64,000 bases of DNA, taken from Trichodelitschia bisporula (lineage: Eukaryota). The position numbers were made by a program, and so were the translations under genes. The notes beneath the pieces are model-generated. The model was not told the DNA's origin and made no database searches. It saw only the letters and a list, made by a program, of their open reading frames with translations. Below are positions 1 to 12,329 of this stretch, in pieces. The DNA is taken from positions 62,001 to 126,000 of the forward strand of contig ML996706.1 in assembly GCA_010356995.1 (NCBI GenBank), read 5' to 3'. Positions within the stretch are counted from its first letter, which is position 1, and every line of letters starts with the position of its first letter.

Positions 1-638
1 TTGAGTAATGCACCTGCCCCGCCTGGTCCTTGGTCATCATCTCGATGTCCGACTCCTGCGTGTCGTTGTAGTACGTGAAGATGCCGGCGCAGGCGCCCGG
101 CGCGCCGGACACGCGGGCGTAGACGCGGATCGATGCATGTAGGACCTGGAACTCTTTGTAGGTTATTTCGGCGGATTCTTGCACTTCGTCCGCAGTGCGC
201 GCTGTGCTGAGGCTCAGGTATGTCTCATAGTCGTGGGACTTATCAGTGCTCTTGGCTGCGCGGTGTTAGGAGGGGATGATGCGGTGAGAGAATGAGAGGG
301 TAAGTACTGATTGAGATGCGCTTCGGAGTGAAGGCTACCGGGATGACGGTCCCGCCGGGGCTCTTGCGCTCGTAGTCGCGGAAGTACCAGTCTTTGGGCC
401 ACTGGCCATCGGCGACGGTCTTGCTCGCTGGGCCCTGGGCAGAGGGCGACGCTGAGTCTAATGGTGCTGGGGAGGCGAGGGTGCCGGTCACGTTGCGGAA
501 GTCGTAGAAGCGGTGGTATTGGAAGGTGGACGGTGTCTTGCCGCTTGTCTTGAAGGCTGTACATGAGTCTGCGATGCTGGCTTTGGCTTCGGTGATCAGA
601 GCGAGGGCAGTCAAGAGGAGGGTGAGCGAGGCCAGCAT
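1..638 (-). CDS. Secreted glycoside hydrolase family 16 protein (5' part; runs off window start)
   Basis: Signal peptide MLASLTLLLTALALITEA. Intron 256-307 (GTACTT...CTAAC...CAG). Spliced frame reads ...GACAGIFTYYNDTQESDIEMMTKD, containing the GH16 catalytic ExDxE motif. Confidence 0.85.
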
Positions 639-3631
639 GATGGCGGATAAGATAGGGGATGGTACGGGATGCTTCAAACATGGGCCAAGAACTAAAAAAC
701 CAAGGCAGGTTACGAACTACAGGAAGTGGGATGGGGGATCTATTGCTATTGTTTGGTTTCTACCCAGCCTGAACGTTAGGGGCCAGAGCCCACAAAGGCT
801 CCACGAAACGAAGTGCTGTGGCCAGGATGAAAGGGGCGGCGGGTCGCGGGAGGCTGAGGCTGGAATCCCTCTTTGAAGCGCTTTGAAAGACTTCGAAGCA
901 ATAAGATGTCAGAATTCTCACCTCCCGCAAATTCTTAGGAGGCAAGAAGAGGGGTCTCCAAAACAGAAATACCCCTTGACTGCACAGCGTCCAGACCATT
1001 CGGGACGTAAATAGAATGTCAATGCCAACGAGGTTCGCATGCTCTAGGTCGTACAGACAGTCACGACAGTGTACCTGTGTCTCTGCCCTACAGACCGACT
1101 GGTGCAAAAATAGCGATGGTGAGTGCCAACGAGAATTATCCTATCGATAGAGGTGGTTCTCGTCACCTTGCATGAGATAATCCCCAGGATACGAGTAATA
1201 GTTGCTACTTGCGGCTCAATACCGATTGGCGGTCTGCGGCCCCACGTTTCACCGAATGGGGTTCTCGCTGGTTGCAACCCGGTCGCTTTGTCTCCGTCAT
1301 CTCTCCTGTCATTTCATCGCCGGAACAGCACTCGCTGCAATCCCTGATCTCAACATCCAGTCGCGATGCAAAGAACCCGAAAACCGGCCACCGGGAAGGA
1401 TTCAACACCATGGATCTGGAGTTTCTCGTACGACGGAGTGAATCCCCTCCTGGGAATGTCGACATTCCAACAGGCCCTTACATCGTCATGCGCGAGCTAA
1501 TCGACGACAAAGCCTCTCGTAGGCGCTATTTTCTGCATTGTCAGTCATTCGATGGTTGGTCTTTCACATTGCTGGTTGGACACCAATATGGCGAATCGCC
1601 TTCAGCCACGAGCAGACTCGCCCGATCCTCGTCCAACCCCGCATTCTGATGATCACAACCATGGCCATGGGCATCGAATAACGAGCCGACAAGAGCATCA
1701 CCCCCGATGACGATTCCAGGGGCAATCGCTAGGAGCTCCAGCGGCACGAATTTCATGTTACACAGGATCCTGCTGTGTCCATCCATCGCGTGCTCCTGCA
1801 GTAAATCCCTTGTCTTGGGCTGATCCATCGATATTTGTTTGTCATAGCATCGTACAACCGCGCAAGTCACGACCGCAAAGTGTCTTGACGCCTGCACGCG
1901 CGGTAAGTCAGCAAATCTGTCAAGCTCCGCAAACACACTACATTGTGCGCGAAATCAGATGCTCTATCTTCTCGCCGAAAGAGCATCGGCTTAGTTGCCG
2001 ATTAGAGCCGCATTAACGTCAAACGACCTGCGACGTTGATGCGCCATAAACCTTACTGGAGCTTTCGCAGAGTTTCAATGTGCGGATTCTCTGAGTACGT
2101 ACCTGTCCTGGGCGCCATTCGGAAACCGGAAGCGATGCACGTCAACTCGCACTCACTCTAAGAATATCCCGAACGGTCTGGATGCCCACGCGATGTGATG
2201 GTCTCAACCCTGGAGCAAATACTTCATTCTGCCCTTTCTATGGCCGAGTTTTACAGCGCCGGTTACTGTGCGTGTTATCCTTTCGAGCACTTCCCACTGG
2301 ATGACTTAGCGCTGGATTCCAACCTATCCTTGGTCTTCAAAACATCGGCCAATCCGGTTTGCCAAGATGTAGTACAGGGCTGGGCGATGGGGCTCAATCC
2401 TGCGGACGTCACGACAAGGGTATCCGGATGTTTGCTCGGAAGCTCTTGCATCTATCCGTCTCTCTGCGGTCCTTCCGGGAGGGCGGAAGTACCCTCCTGG
2501 GACATACAGCATACCTGCCAGGGGCACACGTTCTGCTCCGCTTCACTGGGATATTCATGGCATGTCCCTTTGCCACTTCCCTAATCCTGGCTCTCAGCCA
2601 GGACAAAGGGTTTTCATCGCAACGTGCTAGCTCAAGGCGATTCCTCCTTAGGGATAGGAGGCTAGCGATGGTCGGTTTCGTCGAGGACCATCTTCGTTGG
2701 CTGATACCCGCAACCCGAAGCTAACATCCAGTAGTTTCTCTCTTGTCGTATTCTGGACGCACGTCTTCTCGCGAACTCGGAGTACCTACGAGTATCCCTG
2801 ATGGAGGAGAACTTGATCTTGATTTGCTAGACAGTAACCACCTCAGCCTGAGCTAAACTAAGCGCTCCTTTCGTGAAGCTCTTCACATTTTCCAGGCATT
2901 AACCGCTATCGTGGCGTTGCCAGCACCCGGGGCGGCCGACCAGAATTCTGAAGGCACTCACCAGTAATGCTCGTCCAAAGGGATCACCATGTGTCCAAGT
3001 TCCGATCTGTCTGTGGCTCCTCATGCGCGAGGCTGTACCTGTTGCAATACGGGATCTCCCGGTGGCTCGCTAGTACTTCGGTTGTTGAGACTACGGAACT
3101 ATTTTCGCTTCGCCGAGTTCGGAATCGTCATGGCTCTGAGGGATCCCGTCACTAGCATCCCGCTCCACCTTCAGCTGAGCCTCCATCATGGAGGTACCGT
3201 GCAGTTCTGGATCCTTTTGCCTCTCGCCCTTCGCCTAAGTCTGCTGGCTTCAGGGGAACGGGGGGCGCTTGGGCTTGGGCTCTAGGACAGCTGGCGTGGC
3301 TGCTTGCAAGCTTCATGCTCGGCTTTCAGCCCTCTTAGCCATATATCGAGGCGAGGCTAAGATGGCTTCGGTTCCCACGAACACAAGCTTTTATCCTCGG
3401 TTCTCATCACTCGCTTTCCCATTCGTTTGTGTGCTGTCTGTCGCTTCACGATGATCTGATCTCTCTTTGAGTTTGTCCTTTGCACCCTGCCCCTCGTTCT
3501 ACTAGCTTCAAAGCTTGTCAATCGTTATCCTCTTTCTTTTCTACGTCTGGAGTATCCAGACTTCACACTCGCTCCCAATTGCGTCGTGAAGATTGCTATC
3601 GGCTTGAGCTCGTGTGTAGCCACTCGTGGCC

Positions 3632-6179
3632 ATGAGCTCCACTTCAGATACCCGGGAGGGGCAGCTCATACCTGAGATTCAACCCCACCCACCCGCCGAC
3701 AGTCCTCTGACGAAGCCGATCACCTTTGGACTGTACAAGGCGCACCGCAGAAATGCTTCGCCTCAGACAAATGCTTCAAACCCGTTCACCGATCCGGAGC
3801 CGCCGAACCCGGTGTATCTCCACCGGCCGCCTCCTCTGAGGTTTTATGGGCCGGCGGCTTCATCCCTCAGCGTTGCTACAATTGATTCGGATGTGCTATC
3901 ACCGCCGCAGAGTCCGTGGGCTGTCTCCCGAGCTCCCAGTCAGGAGATGCTGCGACCCGAGAGGTTTCCGTCAGGTATGTGTTCGCGTCAGGTAGCGGTG
4001 GCTTGCCTGACCTTGATAGATCTCCCCGAGAGGCCAAAGAGCGAGAAGAAGCCCTTCTTCACGCGCGCCAAAGAACGCGTGTACAAACATGTCGAGCCGG
4101 CGGCAGTACTGCATCTCATCGACTTCCGTCCTTGGTTCTGGCCCTTCACGATCAAGAAGTACTCAGTCTTGTTCCTGATTGCGTGCGCTATTGCTGGCAT
4201 CATCGTCTCCAACATGTACTTCCACTGGATCGACAAGTCGATGAAGATTACGCGGACTTATATGTTGCCCGTTCTCATCATCTCCGTGTGTGCCGAGCCG
4301 CTTATCATGATCATCATCTTGCTCGTCGCCAAAATGCCCGATATCCCGAAGGAGGAAGTCGACATGATCATGAACCAGAACAAACAAGACGAAGACATTG
4401 AGGCCAGGGCATCGGAGAAAAAGCGCGAGCCGCAAGGCCCCTTTGAAACCGCGCTGGTTATCCCGTGCCACGATACCGACGAGACGGCCATGCGGACGAC
4501 TCTCGAATCGGCCTTTCCGCATTTCCGGCCCCAGGATATCTTCCTCGTTGATAACGGGCGGACGCGGCATCCCAGACACCCAACGTGCAATTTCCGCGCC
4601 TTCATCCGCAGCATCCATCCCGATATTGTTTATATCTGGTCGCCCATTGGGAGCAAGAATGCGGCGCAGCTGGTCGGTACACTGGCCGCGCGGGACTACA
4701 AGTATATCATGACGGTTGACGATGATGTCTGTATTCCGATGAACTTCCGCGCGCCGACGGAGATGATTGATGAGCGGTTCAAGGCCGTCGCGTATCCGCT
4801 CAAGGCCATGGATGCCGATTGCAATGTTCCGTTGTGGATGGTGGCATGGCAGGATGTTGAGTATCGCCTCGCGGGTATCTCGAAGATGGCGGAGGATCGG
4901 CTGTGTGGTGTTCAGTTTCCTCATGGTGCTGGGTGGTATGTACTCCGACAACGACAGTAAACGCAATACTGACAATAGCAGGTTTGTGGAGCGCGATACC
5001 TTTCTAACTCTTATGGAGTACTACCACCCAATGGACTTCATCGCCGAAGATTGTAACGCCGGCCTCGGCATAAACCGCATGGGCAAAGGCATTCGCTGCG
5101 ACGGACGCTCCTACCTCGCCACAGAGGTGCCCACAACCCTCTTCGGCCCCGGGCTGAACTGGTGGAAGCAGCGCCAGAAGTCGTGGGAAATGGGCCGTCA
5201 CGGCCAGCTCTTCGCCTACATCCGGCAATTCCTCTGGTCCATGCCACCACGGCGCACAGTCCAAGGCATCCTCTGGCACAAGCTAACCTACTTCTACCTC
5301 ATCTGCTGCATCGCAATCGACTGGCTGCGCATCCCCACCATCATCGCCCTCGGCCGCACAGCGACCTGGTGGCGCAACGCTGTCCTCCTCATGCTCTTCT
5401 CCGCCATTCCCCCGCTCTACTACTCCTACGTCAGTTGCCGCCGTCGCCCCGACATGAAGCCGCGCTTTTGGGCCTGCTTCACGTACCCCTGGTACAAGCA
5501 ACTCTACACCGTGGTCTCCATCTTCGGCGCCATCCGCGCGGTCGGCTACTTTTTCGGCGGCCACCCCCGCCCCCCCACCATCCAACAAATGCTCAAGAAC
5601 AAAGACGACCGTTGCTTCTGGCTCGACCCACGCTTCGCAACCAACCCCGCCTATCTCGCCGACGAAGGTGAAGCCATCGAGGCTGCCAAAGCCGGGGAGT
5701 CGACGGAAGCGTTGAACGAGAAATCACAAGCCGCCCCGCCGCCCGACCTCGTGAACCCCTTCCTCGATCCTCCTCGCGCGGCGTACCACGCGCGGCGCCC
5801 CTCGGCAAGCGAGATCGAGATTGACGTCACGCCTGAAGTATCTACGCCTGAGCGCCCGGAGTTCCATTTCATGTCAAGTCCGTTCGCGGACTCGAGTGTC
5901 ACGCTTGCTGGGCCTGGCACCGTGACGCCCGGCAGCCGCAGTCGCCCGAGCAGTGGGCGCGGCCCCGGGGCGTTGGGCCGCGAGTGGACGGGTGGGAGTG
6001 AGTTGACGCTTGTGGAGGCGGCGGGGCCTGAACGGTGTCGGACGCCGGTTGTGAAGGCGCCGGTGGGGCCGTTTGTGTTGCGGACTGTGGATGAGGGGGT
6101 GCCTGCGTTGCCGAAGGGGGGGTATTTTGCGTATACGCCTCCTGGGGCAGTGGAGGCGCCGTTGAGGGTTGTTAATTGA
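3632..6179 (+). CDS. Membrane-bound glycosyltransferase family 2 (processive type)
   Basis: Motifs VIPCH, VDN, DDD, AED and QRQKSW (QxxRW-like), with TM helices before and after. Introns 3975-4019 (in frame) and 4936-4981 join the two ORFs. Confidence 0.85.
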
Positions 6180-7202
6180 GGGATTGATTGGGCCTGAGTG
6201 AGGGCGTTTTGGGGGGTAATGTGTTGGGATCTTTGTTTGGTGTTTAAAAAGGGTGGAAATACCCGAGTGTTATCTACGATCTTTGGTTTGGGCTTTCTTT
6301 GTGCCGTGTGGAGGGCATACATGATTTCTGTTCAAGTCAGGCTCGGGTTTAAAAGTGTCTAGGTGGGTAGAGGGTATATATGCATTACATGTTGGAGTTT
6401 TGATAGTGTCTTTGGATTCGTGGTTGGTTCAGCCGGCGTCTTTCGTGGGTCCTTGGTCGCTCATCTGTTTTCATGTCTCGCACTTGCTGTCTACGTCGGT
6501 CCTCACAAAAGAACATCCTATTTCTATGCACTCTTCTCACCGAGAGTTTTCTCTCAACTGAGCTCATCAGCGGCGTTATATCACTTAAAATTCTCATTCT
6601 CGTGACGGGCAGTATATATCAAGGCACAGTATTCACAAGGCATGTCACTTACACCAGTCCATAATTTGTACCGAAGCTCATCATTCATTTTCTCCTAGTC
6701 ATCGGACCCGCTCCAAGGGTCATCACCCTCGTAAGTCACCATCCGGCGCTCAAGTTCCTTCTTCCCGTCCCGGTACCGGCGATACCCCAGACTAACAACG
6801 CGCACCAGCCTCCCCCGTGCCTGCTCCCGAAACCGCTCCAGCCTTGTCCCAGACTCGCCCCCAGCGGACCTCGTCCGAGGCGACTCCCGCTTCTTGGCTC
6901 CGGAGAGCGTGGCATCGGAAGTCGAGCGAGGCGAGGGAAGAGGTGGGCGGCCTGTCGGACTGCGACGCGGCGACGGGGCTGTCGGCGTGCTTGTCTCGAC
7001 GAGGGAAGAGGGGGAGGAGGGGGTGGGTTCTGGGGAGGCGGCGGGGCGCTTAGGAGCGTACTCTTTGTCCTTGCGCGGCGGGTTTGGAGGTCAGGACTCG
7101 GAGTACTCGTGGCGTGGGACGGGTTTCTTTCGGATCTGGAACTCGTTGTTAACGCCGTAGTATCCTGGCTCCCGGGGGACGGGTTTTCTTCGGATCTTAA
7201 AC

Positions 7203-8330
7203 TCACCATTCCGTCCGTAGTACCCAGGTCGGCGTTCTTCCGCAGAAGGAGACTCCAGGTTGTTTCCCTGAGGACACCCGCGCGCCGAACTCGCACCGCG
7301 TTCTAAAGATAGCTCCCGAGTCGAAGGGGCCTGGCGGTGCGGCATTGACTCTATCGGGGCGGCGGCGGCGGCGTTGAGACTCAAGCTCGCTGCCGCTGGT
7401 GCTGTCGTCGGAGTCCAAATCGTCCTTCCACACCGGACGGCGTCTAGGAACCGCGCGGCGGGGCGGCATCGGATCGCGCGGCGCGCGGGTCTCGACGTTG
7501 TAGTGCCGCGGAAGGATGGGATTTGGCAACAGGGTTGGGCCGTAACGGCGGCGAGGCGTGCGGCCGTCACGGCCGTAAGGGGAGAAAGCCGGGCTGCGTG
7601 CCGGAGATTCCCACCCAGTGGGCGCTTCCCAGGCCGGTGGTGCGCGACAGGGCGGCATCGGCTCGCGCGGCGCCCGCGTTTCCACGTCATAGCGGCGGCG
7701 GCGGGCTGGCTCCGGCCAGAATGGGGAGAGAGGGGCGGGAGTGCGGCCATAATCCCGTGGCGGCAGTGGCATCTCTCCAAGCGGCACCCGCGTCTCCACG
7801 TTGTAATAACGAGGACGGCGGGGGGGAGGGGACGGACTGCGGCGCCGGCGTGGAGGAGGCGAGGGGCTCCTGCCGCGATATCCCGTGCGAGGGCGGCGAC
7901 CGTACTCCTCTGCACCTGCCGGGGTGCGTGCATACTCCCAAGGGGGCGGCATCTCTCCTGCCGGCACCCGCGTCTCTACATAGTAGTAGGGGCGGCGGGG
8001 CGCGGGGGCAGGGGATGGACTCCGGCCGCGGTAGCCCGTTGCAGGGCGGCGACCGAACTCAGGTGTACCGTAGTACAAATCGGCGGGGACCTCACCGCAG
8101 GGCATCGGCGGCGGAGCGGGCGGACGGCCGTACTGCTCATCGAAGGCCCTGCGGCGGGCTTCGTGGCCGATGATGGTTTCCTCGGTGGGGTCGGACCGAG
8201 GGAGTTTGCGAGCGGGCTCGCGGGTGCGGGGGGAGGGAGGAAACCTGCGACGGTCAGCCTCGTGAGCGGCGGGGCGCTGAAGGTATGTTGGTGGGGGGCG
8301 CGCTGCGCGCTTGCGTGGGTATTCTTCCAT
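7203..8330 (-). CDS. Hypothetical Pro/Arg-rich internal-repeat protein; 3' end uncertain (probable frameshift or unrecognised intron)
   Basis: 375-aa ORF with four copies of Y-x-VETR(V/A)P..MPP and two of RRPxTGYRGRSPSP. TATAA at ~8391 upstream. Confidence 0.55.
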   Translation of the reverse strand: MEEYPRKRAARPPPTYLQRPAAHEADRRRFPPSPRTREPARKLPRSDPTEETIIGHEARRRAFDEQYGRPPAPPPMPCGEVPADLYYGTPEFGRRPATGYRGRSPSPAPAPRRPYYYVETRVPAGEMPPPWEYARTPAGAEEYGRRPRTGYRGRSPSPPPRRRRSPSPPPRRPRYYNVETRVPLGEMPLPPRDYGRTPAPLSPFWPEPARRRRYDVETRAPREPMPPCRAPPAWEAPTGWESPARSPAFSPYGRDGRTPRRRYGPTLLPNPILPRHYNVETRAPRDPMPPRRAVPRRRPVWKDDLDSDDSTSGSELESQRRRRRPDRVNAAPPGPFDSGAIFRTRCEFGARVSSGKQPGVSFCGRTPTWVLRTEW

Positions 8331-9650
8331 GTTTTCTAATGGAGGAGTAGGCGTGAAGTGGAGAGTGAGATTACGGGGCGGCGTTTCGACTTATAAGGCC
8401 CAAGGAATGTCGACAAAGTGAGCGAAGGATGCTCAGCGTGATGTAGGAAAGCGGAGTATTGTGATGTCACTCAATGAAAGAATCGCGAATAGTGTCATGA
8501 ACTGCGCCAGAAGTGGACAAAGAAACTAAGAACAGGAACACAGAATAACAAAGTGAGATCACAATACGGTCTCCTAGCTCCTCCGCAAAGCGTGGTACAG
8601 ACCGGCTCTCTGATTTTCTTTCTTTCATTCATGAACTTTCAGCTGCTCTCTCCACCCCATCTTCACACACAGTATACTCAACGGTAATTAGTCTCAGAGT
8701 CGACTACAGGGCTTGGGGAAAAGACTGGCATATGAGTCGATCTGGTTCTAGTATTTTCATCTAAGTGGATTCACATTACCATAATAAGGTCTGAAAGCCT
8801 GCCCGAGGCAAATGCCCCAAAATAGGCTCTTCTGGTCCGCTGAAACTGGCTCGTTATCAGTTAGGTTTTTACAACCTGCGCACGAGGCTGAGGGAAGGCT
8901 GAGTTTCAGGTAAACTTACGGTAGGAAGTTGAGGAATGCCAGGTAACGAGCATGAGCTGTAACGCATTACACAAATCAGAGCAGTAAGCGGCTCGTCCGT
9001 TCATGAGCGTTCGTGACCTATCGATAAAAGCGATGAACCAACATAAGATGACAGGATGGCAGAGCTGGCAGAACTGGCCGCGCTGGGGCGTCACTCACCC
9101 AAGCGTTATCGATAAGTACCCCTGTATCGATAAATACCCGATGGGCCGAAGAAGGGCCGAAGAAAATCCGAGAAAATCCCGAGATCTATGGTCCGAGCTC
9201 AACAAGCTGCCAAAGCCCAATTGGCTTCCAGAGTGAACTTCCACCCTCCATTCAGAGCACAGCACACACCCTTGTCTTCCGCAACCACCTTTGTTGTCCA
9301 CCATCACCACCATGCCGAATTTTGAGGTCCTCTTTCGAAACGTGAGCTTTATGGCCATCACGCATCAATATGAACTCACCGAGATAAACATCGAAATACA
9401 ATCTACACGATACGCCTGGATTCCTTCCTGAATACATCGATGCATAGTGCCAGAGCGCGCGGCCCTGTCGCTTTCTCCCAGAAGTGTCCGTCAACCATCG
9501 GAAACTCCGGCGTATAATGCATCAGACGGAACCTTAAAGCCTAAACCAGAAGGTATGTATGAGAATGCAACACAACAAGCTGATTCTGATATAAACTAGA
9601 AGCCCGACTATGAAAGCCAGGTGTGCCGCTTGCTCCAGTCCCATATGCTC

Positions 9651-9704
9651 TCAGAATTGCAATGGTTCTTCATGAAGGTCCAGTACCACGAAGGTAATCA
9701 TCAT
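9651..9704 (-). ncRNA. Box C/D RNA-like unit 1
   Basis: ATGATGA-ttaccttcgtggta-CTGG-accttc-ATGAAGA-accattgcaatt-CTGA; flanking stem 9628-9650/9707-9727. Confidence 0.7.
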
Positions 9705-10056
9705 ATGAGCATAGGACTTGGACGAGCAGTCCCAACCGAAATACGAAAGCTGACTCGAAGGCCGAGTACGAAAGAAGAATACGAAAAGCAAACTCTGAAG
9801 ATCGAGTACAGAAGAAGCATACGAGACGCCGACCCGAAGGCCGAATACGAAGGAAGAATGCCAAACGCCAACTCCGAAGATCGAGTACAGAAGAAGCATA
9901 CAAGACACCGACCCGAAGGCCGAGTACGAAAGAAGAATACGAAACGCTGGTCCGAAGGTTGAGTACGAAAGAAGAATACGAAAAGCTGACCCAAAAGTCG
10001 AGTACCGAAGAAGCATACGAAAGCCAGTTGTGCTGCTTGTTCAAGTCCCTATGCTC

Positions 10057-10119
10057 TCAGAATTGTAATGGTTCTTCATGCAAAAGTCTGTAACCATAAA
10101 CCGACAAACTGATCATCAT
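10057..10119 (-). ncRNA. Box C/D RNA-like unit 2 (D' guide antisense to 18S rRNA UAACCAUAAAC)
   Basis: ATGATGA-tcagtttgtcggtttatggtta-CAGA-cttttgc-ATGAAGA-accattacaatt-CTGA; ~23-bp flanking stem 10033-10056/10122-10144. Confidence 0.75.
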
Positions 10120-10254
10120 ATGAGTATGGGACTTGGACGAGCAGTCCTCAACTGAAGTTTGAAAGCGGACCCAACGGACGACTACGAAGAGCTGGCTTCG
10201 AAGACTGAGCCTGAAGAGGTCTTGAAGCCCGAGTACGAAAGAATGGTACGAAAG

Positions 10255-10405
10255 ATGACCCGACGGTCGCGTACGAAAGAATGATACGAGAGATGACCCG
10301 ACGACCGCGTACAAAAGAATGAGACGAGAGATGACCCGACGGCCGTGTGCGAAAGAATGAGAGGAGGGATGACCCGACGGTCGTGTACGAAAGAATGATA
10401 CGAAA
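10255..10405. repeat. ~38-bp tandem repeat (about 4 copies)
   Basis: GATGACCCGACGGTCGCGTACGAAAGAATGATACGAGA and variants. Confidence 0.85.
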
Positions 10406-10457
10406 GCTGACCCGAAGGCCAAGTACGAGATGAGCCTTATCAAACCCTTGTATCTTC

Positions 10458-10509
10458 TCAGAAAGTTTTCTTCATCAGCTTGATCAGAATCACGAAGGTA
10501 TTTCATCAT
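10458..10509 (-). ncRNA. Box C/D RNA-like unit 3
   Basis: ATGATGA-aataccttcgtgatt-CTGA-tcaag-CTGATGA-agaaaacttt-CTGA; all four boxes near consensus; stem gtatcctc/gaagatac. Confidence 0.8.
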
Positions 10510-10974
10510 TGAGGATACCGGCCATGGCCTTGAGGGACGAAGACTTAGCTGTGCCGGAGATATCAACCTATACCGATGTAAGCGTGTTCGAGACGACTAC
10601 GAAAAAGCTGACCTAAGACAAAGCAGAGGCCAGACCAGGAATATCGAGAACGAGAAGAGAGATGACCCGGAGGTCTACGAAAGAGACGATCTGATATAAC
10701 CCAGAGGCCAGGCCAAGAAGACCGAGTACGAGAAGAGAGTTGACCCGAAGGTCTACGAGAAAGCTGGCCGGATACAAACCCGGATCAGCAAAGAGTGACC
10801 TGAAGGTCTACGAGAAAGCTGGCTTGAGACAAATCCAAGGCAAAGCCAAGAAGATCGAGTACGAAAAGAGTGTTGGCGCGAAGGCGTACGAAAAAGCCGG
10901 CCTGATACAAACCAGAGATCAGACCAAGAAAGTTGTCTACGAAAAGAGAGCTGACCCAAAGAGCCCGTATCTTC

Positions 10975-11028
10975 TCAGAGAATATTCTTCGTCATCGCGA
11001 TCAGAGACGTGCATATGTCTGTCATCAT
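10975..11028 (-). ncRNA. Box C/D RNA-like unit 4
   Basis: ATGATGA-cagacatatgcacgtct-CTGA-tcgcg-ATGACGA-agaatattct-CTGA; stem cctgtatctcc/gaagatacggg. Confidence 0.75.
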
Positions 11029-11386
11029 TGGAGATACAGGCGATAGCCTTGAGGGACATTGACTCAGCATCTCGGAGACATGAACATATACCGATGTAAG
11101 CGCGCTCGAGACTGAGCTGACCCGAAGGTGTACGAAAAAGCTGACCTGAGATAACTCAGATGCCGGACCAAGAAGAGTGACGACCCGAAGGTCTACGAGA
11201 AAGCTGGCCTGCAACGAACCAGAGACCACACCCAGAGGAGAGTTGACTCGAAGGTCTACGAGAAAGCTGACCTGGGAAAACAGGCCAGACCAAGAAGATT
11301 GAGTATGAAAGTTGCCCGAAGGCCGAGTACGATAGTTGACCCGAAAGTCAAGTACGAGATGAACCTTGTCAAGCCGTTGTATCTTC

Positions 11387-11440
11387 TCAGTCAATATCAT
11401 TCGTCAGCTTCATCAGAGACGTGCAAATGTCTGTCATCAT
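11387..11440 (-). ncRNA. Box C/D RNA-like unit 5 (D' guide antisense to LSU rRNA GACGUGCAAAU)
   Basis: ATGATGA-cagacatttgcacgtct-CTGA-tgaag-CTGACGA-atgatattga-CTGA; perfect stem tgtatcttc/gaagataca. Confidence 0.8.
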
Positions 11441-11861
11441 TGAAGATACAGGCGATGACCTTGAGGGACATTGACTCAGCGTATCGGAGACATAAACCTA
11501 TACCGATGTAAGCGTGTTCGAACAGAGCTGATCCGAAGGTCTACGAGAAAGCGGCCTGAGACGAACCAACGGCCAGACCAAGAAGAGTGATGACACGAAA
11601 GCGTACGAGAAAGCCGTACTGAGCAAACCGGAAGCCGGACCAAGAGGAGTTGACCCGGAGGTCTACGAAAAGGCTGACCTGAGACGAAGCAAAGGCCAGA
11701 GAGTTGACCTGAGACGAAGCAAAGGCCAGAGAGTTGACCTGAAGATTTACGAAATGACTGGCCAGAGAAGGATCAGAGGCCAGACTAAGAAGATTGAGTA
11801 CGAGATGACCACCAAGGTCGAGATACGACACAGCTGAGCCATGTCAACCCTTTGTATCTTC

Positions 11862-11905
11862 CCAGAAAAGCTTCGTCAACTTGTTCAGAGCTTATGTTCC
11901 ATCAT
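11862..11905 (-). ncRNA. Box C/D RNA-like unit 6 (degenerate C and D)
   Basis: ATGATGG-aacataagct-CTGA-acaag-TTGACGA-agctttt-CTGG; stem ttgtatcttc/gaagatacaa. Confidence 0.5.
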
Positions 11906-12286
11906 TTGAAGATACAAGGCATGACCTTAAGGGATGAAGATTCACCTGTCTCGGAGACATAAACCTATACCGATGTAAGTGTATTCGCGACGAACGACCC
12001 GAAAAGCTTCCCAAGACAGTTACGAGAGAGGCTGCCCAAGGCAGCTAAAAAGTACGAGACAACTTGTCTTTGGCACGTCCAAAGAAGGATACGAGAGATG
12101 TCGGCCTTTGAGGGCGCAACGGGCGTACGAAAGATGTCGACCTCCAAGGGCGACGGCGTACGAAAGACCTCCCTGACCTCTGGGGTGCGGAGAGAGTACG
12201 AGATGATCACCAAAATCCACTTACCTGACAGGACCACAAAGGTCGAGATGCGAGACCGGTGAGCCATCTCACACCCCCGTATCTTC

Positions 12287-12329
12287 TCAGGAGGGCTTCG
12301 TCAACTTGTTCAAAAGCTGTTTTCATCAT
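12287..12329 (-). ncRNA. Box C/D RNA-like unit 7
   Basis: ATGATGA-aaacagctt-TTGA-acaag-TTGACGA-agccctc-CTGA; stem tatcttc/gaagata. Confidence 0.6.

Noticed and set aside
1200..3300. Possible gene from short ORFs (1410-1649, 2195-2584)
   Set aside because: No recognisable domain and no consistent exon chain.
9240..9620. Plus-strand gene (ACCACCATG at 9312, intron-like 9553-9599) reading into the array
   Set aside because: Only a ~39-codon ORF with no recognisable product. An antisense transcript cannot be excluded.
10441..10520. Hammerhead ribozyme (CTGATGA on the minus strand)
   Set aside because: No stem II followed by GAAA and no three-way junction; the motif is better explained as box C'.
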